This document shows positions 8,716 to 15,739 of a DNA stretch of 30,778 nucleotides, piece after piece. Position numbers and translations under genes: made by a program. The notes below the pieces were generated by a model. The model had not been told where the DNA came from, ran no database searches, and was given only the letters and a program-made list of their open reading frames with translations. Positions within the stretch are counted from its first letter, which is position 1; every line of letters starts with the position of its first letter. This stretch comes from a virus (taxonomy: Duplodnaviria; Caudoviricetes): IMG/VR virus record IMGVR_UViG_3300005573_000228, positions 1-30,778 of that record; one strand, 5' to 3'.

Positions 8716-9158
8716 AAGAGCAGTGGGCTGATGCTGAGGTGCGGTGGATTGAGCGAGAGCGTCAGATTGCAGCGATGTCTGATAGGCAACTGGCGACTGA
8801 AATTCGGCGTCATCAGCAGGCACGATGGCGGCCTACCGATCTCCTCGAACATGTGAAAAAGCATCAGCGTGACTATGCTGAATTCTTCGGCCACGCCGTA
8901 GGGCCAAAGGAGATAGAGGAGACTAGTAGGCTAGTGATGCAAAGTTGGGATCAGATGTTTACCAGCCTTGATCGGGAAGGTCGGGTAAGCTATACTTTTG
9001 CTAGCAATTGGGAACCAGCCCAAGCTCGCGTATTTGTGATCGTCTCAGGTGATGGCAGGATTAAGACACTGATACCAAGCCAACAGTTTGCTCGATATCT
9101 GGCGCGCCATCCTGAGTTGGTGGAGGTGACAGAACGTGTCCGAAAAATTGGAGGCTAG
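8643..9158 (+). CDS. Putative nuclease toxin domain, probably the frameshifted C-terminus of MuF
   Basis: The -1 frame is open from 8643 (first ATG 8712); contains 'LLEHVKKH...EFF...FVIVSGDGRIKTLIP'; lower GC. Confidence 0.6.
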   Translation, partial: YTGADDARKWRSQAINREAISQRMKEQWADAEVRWIERERQIAAMSDRQLATEIRRHQQARWRPTDLLEHVKKHQRDYAEFFGHAVGPKEIEETSRLVMQSWDQMFTSLDREGRVSYTFASNWEPAQARVFVIVSGDGRIKTLIPSQQFARYLARHPELVEVTERVRKIGG

Positions 9159-9462
9159 CATAAGACTGTATGCAGCGAGGGTCGAGGTGATCGGCGAAGA
9201 GAAAGAGGATGATGATGTCATTGCCACATTGGCTGAACGTGATGGTATCCAGGATGAGATTGACGCCGGTGCTGAGCTGACACTTGAACAGAGGAAAGCT
9301 CTAAAACAGGCTGATGATCTGCTTGTTTCTCAGGCTAGGAGAGTTGTTGCAATGCATCCTGATGTCTTTACGCCAGATCGCCAGGACGCTGGCCCTCCCT
9401 CGTACTGGTGGTGGTTCCTGAATGAGGGGCCAGATGTACGCAAGAGACGTGAGGCTGCTTGA
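9136..9462 (+). CDS. Putative immunity protein
   Basis: GGAGG RBS and GTG; small acidic helical protein with C-terminal PPSYWWWFL; overlaps the end of the toxin ORF. Confidence 0.6.
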   Translation: MSEKLEASIRLYAARVEVIGEEKEDDDVIATLAERDGIQDEIDAGAELTLEQRKALKQADDLLVSQARRVVAMHPDVFTPDRQDAGPPSYWWWFLNEGPDVRKRREAA

Positions 9463-9486
9463 CAGCCATCGCTAGCTTGATATAAT
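9459..9486 (+). promoter_or_regulatory. Consensus sigma70 promoter C, upstream of the head/tail operon
   Basis: TTGACA 9459-9464, 16 nt spacer, TATAAT 9481-9486 with an extended TG. Confidence 0.85.
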
Positions 9487-9508
9487 ACAGCTAACCCAAT
9501 AGCGTAAG

Positions 9509-9570
9509 GCGCGGCTACTCTGCCGCCATATTCGGACGTATACCGTCCAAAGTATGGCGGCCTTTTCTTT
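9509..9570 (+). ncRNA. Structured leader RNA copy C
   Basis: GCCGCCATA 9522-9530 pairs with TATGGCGGC 9553-9561; inner stem GGACG/CGTCC; TTTTCTTT follows. Alternative pairing is GCGGC 9511-9515 with GCCGC 9522-9526. Confidence 0.72.
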
Positions 9571-9584
9571 GGTGGAGGTGCGCG

Positions 9585-9902
9585 ATGGCGGTTGCGATCT
9601 CTAACAAACCCTGGTCACAGTTCAGCCAGGCAGACTACACGCCCGAACAGTGGCAGCGTGCCTGCCTGATACACATGGACCCGAACTCGGACAATAAGGC
9701 CGACCACAAACTGCCAGTGTACGAACCAGACGGCACGCTGAATAGGAACGCAGTTCATCAGGCGGCAGCAGTACTGGCGGGCGCGCGTGGTGGAGTGGAC
9801 GCGCCGCCGGCAAAGAAACGCGCAGCAGCACGAGAGTTGATACGGCTCTATCGCCTGCTGGATGAAGAACCGCCAGAATCACTACGGAGGTTAGCTGAAT
9901 AA
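9585..9902 (+). CDS. Conserved head-module hypothetical protein
   Basis: GGAGG RBS; 'KLPVYEPDGTLNRNAV..AAA.LAGARGGV' pattern, recalled from phage head-module proteins. Confidence 0.7.
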   Translation: MAVAISNKPWSQFSQADYTPEQWQRACLIHMDPNSDNKADHKLPVYEPDGTLNRNAVHQAAAVLAGARGGVDAPPAKKRAAARELIRLYRLLDEEPPESLRRLAE

Positions 9903-10513
9903 TGGTAGATGATGCCAACCAGGGCCAGGCGCCCAACGCCAGCGACCAGGCGTCGCAGACCGACCAGCAGGGTGCTGCTGGCGCTCAGGGCCAGGAGCCA
10001 GAGCGATTCGACGCGGAGTATGTGAAACGACTGAGAGCGGAAGCGGCGAGTTACAGGACGAAGCTCAAAGAGCTGGAGGCGAAGGTCCAGGAGCACGAGA
10101 CAGCCAAGCTCTCCGAGACGGAGAAGCTCCAAAAGCGCCTGGCCGAGCTGGAACGGCAGCAGGCGGAGCACGAGCGGGAGCGCCAGGAGCGCACCCTCAA
10201 GTACGAGACCATGCTGACGGCTAGCAAGCTCGGAATCGTGGACCCCGAGGCGGCGTACAAGCTTCTTGATTTGGCGAGCATCGAGTTCGAGGAGGACGGC
10301 ACGCCGCGGAACATAGAGAAGGCGCTGCGCGAGCTGATCGCCAAGCGGCCATATCTCGCTGGTGGCGCTGCCGGGTTAGCGACCAACCCTGCTCGTTCGG
10401 CGGTCAACCCGACCGTTTTCACCCGCTCACAGTTGCGCGATCCGAAGTTTTTCCAGGCCCATCGCGACGCCATCATGCAGGCGATGCGCGAGGGCAGAGT
10501 TGTGGAGGGATAA
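9902..10513 (+). CDS. Capsid scaffolding protein
   Basis: Disordered N-terminus, 'YVKRLRAEAASYR', coiled coil and 'KRPYL'; precedes the capsid gene. Confidence 0.85.
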   Translation: MVDDANQGQAPNASDQASQTDQQGAAGAQGQEPERFDAEYVKRLRAEAASYRTKLKELEAKVQEHETAKLSETEKLQKRLAELERQQAEHERERQERTLKYETMLTASKLGIVDPEAAYKLLDLASIEFEEDGTPRNIEKALRELIAKRPYLAGGAAGLATNPARSAVNPTVFTRSQLRDPKFFQAHRDAIMQAMREGRVVEG

Positions 10514-10516
10514 CCG

Positions 10517-11431
10517 ATGGCCAATATAACCCCAACCGTCGCACAGTATTTTATCCCCGAGGTCTGGGCGAACCGCGCATTGGAGATCCTGCGGTCCAAC
10601 GTCGTTCTAGCTCGCTTGGTGGCCAAGGACAGCGATGTTGCCGCCTTCCAGGTCGGGGACATCCTACACATCCCGTACCCCGGCACGTTCACGGCCAACG
10701 ACAAGGCGGCCGGCTCTGCCGTGACCGTGCAGACGCCTTCTGGCGGTACCGAGGTACAGGTCACGTTGAACAAGCACAAGGAGGTCAGCTTTGTAGTTGA
10801 AGACGTGGCGCGCGCGCAGGCCAACCAAGACCTGCTCGACCGCTACATCAACGCTGCAGTGCCCGCGTTGGCGGAACAGATTGAGTCTGATTTGTTCGCG
10901 CTCTACGCGGATATCGCGACAGCAGGCTACACAGTTGGCACGTCCGGAACCGACCTAACGGCCGCAACCATTCGGAGCGCCAGGAAAAAGCTGAACGACA
11001 ACAAGTGCCCGCTCAATCCGCGTCATCTGGTGATCTCTAGCAAGGACGAGATTGCCTTGCTCGGGGATTCGAACCTGGCGACCTATTTCGCCATGGCGCG
11101 CTCGCAGGGCATCTCTGACGGTTCTATCGGCAACCTGTATGGTTTCCAGGTTTGGATGAGCCAGTTGGTGCCGGCTGTGGCGGGGACGCCTGTCAGCACC
11201 AAGAACATGGCTTTCCACCCCGAGGCGTTCATTCTGGCGATGCGAGGTCTGCCTGAGCCGCCAGCATCCACCGGCGCGCAAGCGGCTACGATCCGCGATC
11301 CCGAGAGCGGGCTGGTGATCCGCGTGCTCTATGCCTACAACCCGTCCTACCTGGGCGTCCAGGTGACGATGGATGTGCTGTACGGCGTGAAGGTCTTGAG
11401 AGCTGAGAAGGCGTGCGTGGTGCTGAGCTAG
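10517..11431 (+). CDS. Major capsid protein (HK97 fold, P22-coat-like)
   Basis: 'FIPEVWA', 'GDILHIP', 'LYGFQV' and 'DVLYGVKVLR' motifs. Confidence 0.92.
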   Translation: MANITPTVAQYFIPEVWANRALEILRSNVVLARLVAKDSDVAAFQVGDILHIPYPGTFTANDKAAGSAVTVQTPSGGTEVQVTLNKHKEVSFVVEDVARAQANQDLLDRYINAAVPALAEQIESDLFALYADIATAGYTVGTSGTDLTAATIRSARKKLNDNKCPLNPRHLVISSKDEIALLGDSNLATYFAMARSQGISDGSIGNLYGFQVWMSQLVPAVAGTPVSTKNMAFHPEAFILAMRGLPEPPASTGAQAATIRDPESGLVIRVLYAYNPSYLGVQVTMDVLYGVKVLRAEKACVVLS

Positions 11432-11439
11432 CGTCTTGC

Positions 11440-11481
11440 GGCCAGGGCGGCAGAGTTCCTCCTTTGCTCACCGCCCTGGCC
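11440..11481 (+). promoter_or_regulatory. Post-capsid hairpin with an anti-SD sequence at its apex
   Basis: GGCCAGGGCGG pairs with CCGCCCTGGCC (11 bp); CCTCCT at 11458-11463; no U-tract. Confidence 0.55.
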
Positions 11482-11500
11482 GGCCAACCAGGAGGCGACC

Positions 11501-12175
11501 GTGGACACGCTGGTAGCTGCTACCCCAAGCCGTGGGCTGGTGCACAGCCGGACCGTGGAGGCGGTGCTCGCGGCCGTTCAAGCCGCGCCGGTAAGGCTGG
11601 TCGGCTGGGTGTTCAGCCATGATCTGCCGATCCCAGCCTGCCACGAGCAGGTGTGCGGGCTGGCCGTGGCGACCGGGGCGGAGTGCGTCTGGCTGGTGGA
11701 GGAGGACGTCGTTCCGCCGGTGGACGCGCTCGGTGTCATGCTCCAGGTGATGCGGGAGAGCGACGCCGACGGGGCGTTCATCGACTACCCGATCGGTTCC
11801 GGTCCGACCTGCAACTGCGCCCAGGTGGTGAACGGGACGGTCATCTGGTGCGGGACTGGGTGCCTGCTCCTCCGGCGCGAGGCGCTGGAACGCATTCCCC
11901 GGCCGTGGTTCGACAATCGGAACGAGGTCGAGGTCAAGGTCCGCGGAGATCAGGTCACAGTTCGGGAGTTCCCGGTCGCATACACCTACGGCGGGCAGGA
12001 CATCGGATTCACCCTGAGGGCGCATGCGGCGGGAGTCAAAATCGCCTACGTGCCGCCGGAAGTCGCTTTTTGTCAGCATCTTAAGGTTGGGGCTTGGGGC
12101 AAACCGATGAGCAACTACGGGAGCCACCAGATCGTGGCGCTGCCGTATCCGGAGAGGTGGCACGATGCCAGTTAG
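11501..12175 (+). CDS. Glycosyltransferase, GT-A/GT2-like
   Basis: 'WLVEEDVVP', 'GTGCLLLRREALERIPRPWF' and 'GQDIGF' motifs. Confidence 0.8.
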   Translation: MDTLVAATPSRGLVHSRTVEAVLAAVQAAPVRLVGWVFSHDLPIPACHEQVCGLAVATGAECVWLVEEDVVPPVDALGVMLQVMRESDADGAFIDYPIGSGPTCNCAQVVNGTVIWCGTGCLLLRREALERIPRPWFDNRNEVEVKVRGDQVTVREFPVAYTYGGQDIGFTLRAHAAGVKIAYVPPEVAFCQHLKVGAWGKPMSNYGSHQIVALPYPERWHDAS

Positions 12176-12716
12176 GGTCAGCATGACCGACCTGATAGCG
12201 CGGGTGCGCACCATGATAGCCGACCCCGCCGGGGCGAGCCAGATTTTCGACGACCAAACGATTCAGGACTATCTGGACCGGCATCGCACATTGGTTAGGT
12301 ATGTTCAGTTGCGGGCGGCCGAAACGATCCTGGCGGGTGGTACGGTCGAGTATCGCGACTATTACGCTGGCTACGGGAACTGGGAGGCGGACGAGAAGCT
12401 GTACGACGGGACGTGTAACGAATTGACCCCGGCCACGGCGGACCGACTGACTGGCCACTGGGCGTTCACGACCAACCAGCAGCCACCGGTGCTGATTGTC
12501 GGTAACTACTACGACGTGTATGGGGCTGCTGCTGACCTGCTGGAGGCGTGGGCAGCTAAGGAAAAATTGAGCTTTGATTTTGATACCGATGGCCAGACCT
12601 TCAAGCGCTCGCAGAAGGTCGCAGCACTGTTGAACTTGGCGCGTGAGTACCGCCGGCAACAGTCGCCGGTGGCGGTAGGGATGGTGAGGACGGATGCTAA
12701 CGTCTACCGAGCTTGA
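12165..12716 (+). CDS. Head-tail connector protein
   Basis: Position; 'IARVRTMIAD', 'IFDDQTIQDYL', 'DVYGAAADLLEAWAAK'. Confidence 0.7.
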   Translation: MPVRVSMTDLIARVRTMIADPAGASQIFDDQTIQDYLDRHRTLVRYVQLRAAETILAGGTVEYRDYYAGYGNWEADEKLYDGTCNELTPATADRLTGHWAFTTNQQPPVLIVGNYYDVYGAAADLLEAWAAKEKLSFDFDTDGQTFKRSQKVAALLNLAREYRRQQSPVAVGMVRTDANVYRA

Positions 12717-13050
12717 CGCGATGCGCACGACCCTCAACGCCAGCCTGCCAGATACCGCGCAGGTACAGCGGCGCACACTCACGTCAGACGGCGCTGGCGG
12801 ATTCACTGAGTCCTGGACGACCGTGGCGACCGTCGCCTGTCGGGTATCGCCGTCCGGCCAATCGCCACAGGAGCGGGTGATCGCTGAGCGGTTGGCAACG
12901 ACGAGCGTCTGGACGCTGACGCTGCCGGCGCTGACGGATGTGCGGCCGGCGGACCGAATCATCCTGGGGACGCGGACGTTCGAGGTGGTGGCGGCGCTGG
13001 CGCGCAGTACAGAAATCTCCCGCCGGGTGGTCGTGACGGAGGTGGTGTGA
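12694..13050 (+). CDS. Head closure/stopper protein
   Basis: 'DGAGGFTESWTTVATVACRV', 'DVRPADRI', 'TFEV'. Confidence 0.8.
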   Translation: MLTSTELDAMRTTLNASLPDTAQVQRRTLTSDGAGGFTESWTTVATVACRVSPSGQSPQERVIAERLATTSVWTLTLPALTDVRPADRIILGTRTFEVVAALARSTEISRRVVVTEVV

Positions 13051-13466
13051 TGGCAGACGAGCGAATCTCTTGGGGCCTCAAATCCGCCGCCGCAATCCTG
13101 GCGGCTGTGTGGGGAGGATTTAGCCCCTTGTTGCAGGCGCTGATTGTCTTGATGGCGGTGGATATAGCGACCGGCTTCCTGGCCGGGTTTGTCACGAGGC
13201 AACTGAGCAGCAATGTGTCGTTTCGGGGCATGGCCAAAAAGGCCATCATGCTCCTGATTGTGGTCACGGCAACCGCGGTTGGGAATAGCTCCGGTGTGGA
13301 CGTGCTTGACGACGCCGTGATCGGGTTCTTTTTGGCGCACGAGACATTGAGCGTGATCGAGAACGCGGCCAAGGCGGGGGTGCCGACGCCACAGGTCCTC
13401 AGGGACGCCCTGGCGAAGCTCTCCCCGGAGCAGAACCAGCAGAACCAGGGGAAGACCGATGGCTAG
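13050..13466 (+). CDS. Holin (phage holin 4 / toxin-secretion type)
   Basis: Three hydrophobic segments; 'D.ATG', 'SS..SFRGMAKK', 'E.LSVIENA.K.GVP.P..L.DAL'. Confidence 0.85.
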   Translation: MADERISWGLKSAAAILAAVWGGFSPLLQALIVLMAVDIATGFLAGFVTRQLSSNVSFRGMAKKAIMLLIVVTATAVGNSSGVDVLDDAVIGFFLAHETLSVIENAAKAGVPTPQVLRDALAKLSPEQNQQNQGKTDG

Positions 13467-13794
13467 GGGCATCGTGGTTGTCGAGCTGGAGTTCAACCGG
13501 TTGCCGGAGATCAGGGCGGCGCTGCGGCCGATGGCGAGTCAGGTTGTCAGGAAGACCGCGTTTGATGTCGAGGCTGGGGCTAAAGAGCGCAGTCGGGTTG
13601 ATACCGGCAACATGAAAAATGGCTGGCAGACCGAGATGGAGGGCGACCTGACGGCCGTGGTCTACAACAACGTGGAGTATGTCATTTACCATGAGTTCGG
13701 GACACGCAAGATGTCTGCCCAGCCGATGGCAACACCGGCTGCTGAGGAGGCCAGGCCGGGGTTCGTCGCTGCGATGAAGGAGCTGTTCGAGTGA
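13459..13794 (+). CDS. HK97 gp10-like neck/tail component
   Basis: 'VDTGNMKN', 'VEYVIYHEFGTRKMSAQP'. Confidence 0.88.
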   Translation: MARGIVVVELEFNRLPEIRAALRPMASQVVRKTAFDVEAGAKERSRVDTGNMKNGWQTEMEGDLTAVVYNNVEYVIYHEFGTRKMSAQPMATPAAEEARPGFVAAMKELFE

Positions 13795-14207
13795 TCGAGA
13801 CGGCACGGGCGCATGAGTGGCTATACGGCGTGCTGTCTAATGACGCGACGCTCAACAGTTATGTGAGCGGACGTGTGTATCGACGGCTCGCGCCCCAAGG
13901 CGCGACGATGCCGTATGTGGTGTTCCAGTTCCAGGGTGGCCACGACGTGCAGGCGGTCGGGCCGTATCGAGTGATGAGCCAGTTGGTTTGCGTCGTGAAG
14001 GCGGTAGGTCTGGCGACCACATACACGACGCTGAAAACGATCGCGGACAGAGTCGATAGCTTGCTCCAGGCGGCTAGTGGGACAACGACCGATGGTCGCG
14101 TGCTGTCCTGTGTGCGTGAGATACCAATCGACTACGAGGAAACAGACGCCGGCGTGCGCTACCAGCACCTCGGCGGCCAGTACCGGCTGTACGTGCAGCC
14201 AATCTAG
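13791..14207 (+). CDS. Tail completion/terminator protein (DUF3168-like)
   Basis: 'VSGRVY...APQGATMPYVVF'; position before the tail tube. Confidence 0.8.
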   Translation: MIETARAHEWLYGVLSNDATLNSYVSGRVYRRLAPQGATMPYVVFQFQGGHDVQAVGPYRVMSQLVCVVKAVGLATTYTTLKTIADRVDSLLQAASGTTTDGRVLSCVREIPIDYEETDAGVRYQHLGGQYRLYVQPI

Positions 14208-14217
14208 GAGGTGAATC

Positions 14218-15207
14218 ATGGCTGAGAGGACCAGTATCACGCAAATTACCCAGGTCGGAGTTGAGACGACTCCAGGCGTTGGAGTAGCGGCCAACAAACT
14301 GCTCCAGGCGTTGTCCATCGAGCCGGCCATCAAGGCCGACATCAAAACATTCAAACCACTTGGTGCCAAGTACACCGCCATCGCGGCTCTTGGCAAGGAG
14401 TGGGTCGAGGCGAGGATCACTGGCGATGTGGCCTGCTACAACCACTTGGTGTACCTACTGTCAGGCGTGATGGCCTATGCCGCTCCGGTCCAGCAGGGCG
14501 GTACGACTGCCTATCTCTGGACGTTCACACCGGCGCAGAACGCCGAGGACACGATCAAGACGTTCACAGTGGAGCAGGGCAGCAGCGTCCGAGCCGGCAA
14601 GTTCACATACGGTCTGGTCACCGAGTTCGGCCTGAGGTTCGACCGGGAGACGATCGAGGTCAGTGGCAGCATGCTCGGCCAGGCATATCAGGACGGTATC
14701 TCGATGACCGCCAGTCCCACAGCCATCGCTGTGCAACCGATCCTGCCGACGGCTCTCAATGTGTACCTGGACACGACGAGCGCGAACATCGGCACGACCA
14801 AGCTCACACGAGCCCTCTCTGGCGAGTTCAGCATCTCGGATCGGTTCGGGCTGCTCTGGGCCATCGACAGTGCCGTCAGTGGGTTCGCCGCCCATGTGGA
14901 ACAGGCGCCGAGGGCTCAGCTCAAACTCATGGTTGAGGCTGATGCCACAGGCATGGGGCCACTCACTGCGATGCGGGCCGGAGACAAGCGGTACATCCGG
15001 CTCAAGGCCGTCGGACCATTGATCGCCAGCACCTACTACTATACGTTCCAGTTCGATCTGTGTGGCGTGGTGTCTGATGTGAGTGAATTCTCGGACCAGG
15101 ACGGAGTGTACGCTATCGAGTGGACGTTTGACATCGCTTACGACTCGGCCTGGTCGAGCGGGCGGGCGATGCAGGTGCAGCTGACCAACACAGTCAGCGC
15201 GCTATAG
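14218..15207 (+). CDS. Major tail tube protein
   Basis: Strong RBS; 'QVGVETTPG', 'TFTVEQG', 'QLTNTVSAL'; position. Confidence 0.8.
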   Translation: MAERTSITQITQVGVETTPGVGVAANKLLQALSIEPAIKADIKTFKPLGAKYTAIAALGKEWVEARITGDVACYNHLVYLLSGVMAYAAPVQQGGTTAYLWTFTPAQNAEDTIKTFTVEQGSSVRAGKFTYGLVTEFGLRFDRETIEVSGSMLGQAYQDGISMTASPTAIAVQPILPTALNVYLDTTSANIGTTKLTRALSGEFSISDRFGLLWAIDSAVSGFAAHVEQAPRAQLKLMVEADATGMGPLTAMRAGDKRYIRLKAVGPLIASTYYYTFQFDLCGVVSDVSEFSDQDGVYAIEWTFDIAYDSAWSSGRAMQVQLTNTVSAL

Positions 15208-15215
15208 GAGGCGTT

Positions 15216-15578
15216 ATGCCAGTATCGATTACGCATCTAGTCAGGGATCGGCGAACAGTGACCGTGCCAGTTGGCGATGAGAGCCTCACGGTCACCTACC
15301 GGCCCAGCGGATTCACGCCTGAGACCGAGACCAAACTGAGGGAGTACGCTGATGACCAACGTGGCGGAGCCGCTCTAGTAGCTCTGCTGGCAGATTGTCT
15401 GGTTGACTGGGACCTGCTCGATGAGGCAGGTAAGCCACTACCAATCAACGCCAGGGTGCTGAGCAGTTTACCAACCCTGTTTCTCGTTCAGGTAGTGCGG
15501 GCAATCAATGAGGACATGCGCCCAAACCTAACGAGCGCCGGAGCCTCCGCCGCTGGCTCGTTACCGAGGGACGACTAG
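15216..15578 (+). CDS. Tail assembly chaperone (gpG-like)
   Basis: Lies between the tube and tape measure genes; 'LVDWDLLDE.GKPLP'. Confidence 0.82.
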   Translation: MPVSITHLVRDRRTVTVPVGDESLTVTYRPSGFTPETETKLREYADDQRGGAALVALLADCLVDWDLLDEAGKPLPINARVLSSLPTLFLVQVVRAINEDMRPNLTSAGASAAGSLPRDD

Positions 15579-15739
15579 GGGGACCACCGGAGTGGTATCT
15601 TCTGATTCGAGCGGCGCGGTACCTAGGGGTCTCACCGTGGGAGCTGGCACAGCAAGCGGTTATCTGGCGGGATTGGGCATTGGTTGCGGAGAGCGCTGAG
15701 AACCAGACAGAAGCAGAACGGTTGAAGCGGAGTAGGTAA
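15521..15739 (+). CDS. -1 frameshift extension of the tail chaperone (gpGT-like)
   Basis: Slippery C CCA AAC at 15521-15527. The -1 frame is open to TAA 15737-15739, overlapping the tape measure ATG, and encodes '...AARYLGVSPWELA...'. Confidence 0.8.
   Translation, partial: PKPNERRSLRRWLVTEGRLGGPPEWYLLIRAARYLGVSPWELAQQAVIWRDWALVAESAENQTEAERLKRSR

Noticed and set aside
12081-13496. 471-aa minus-strand ORF and other long antisense ORFs (e.g. 10051-10824, 25509-26228, 29731-30540)
   Set aside because: Shadow frames of recognisable plus-strand genes in GC-rich DNA, with no motifs of their own.
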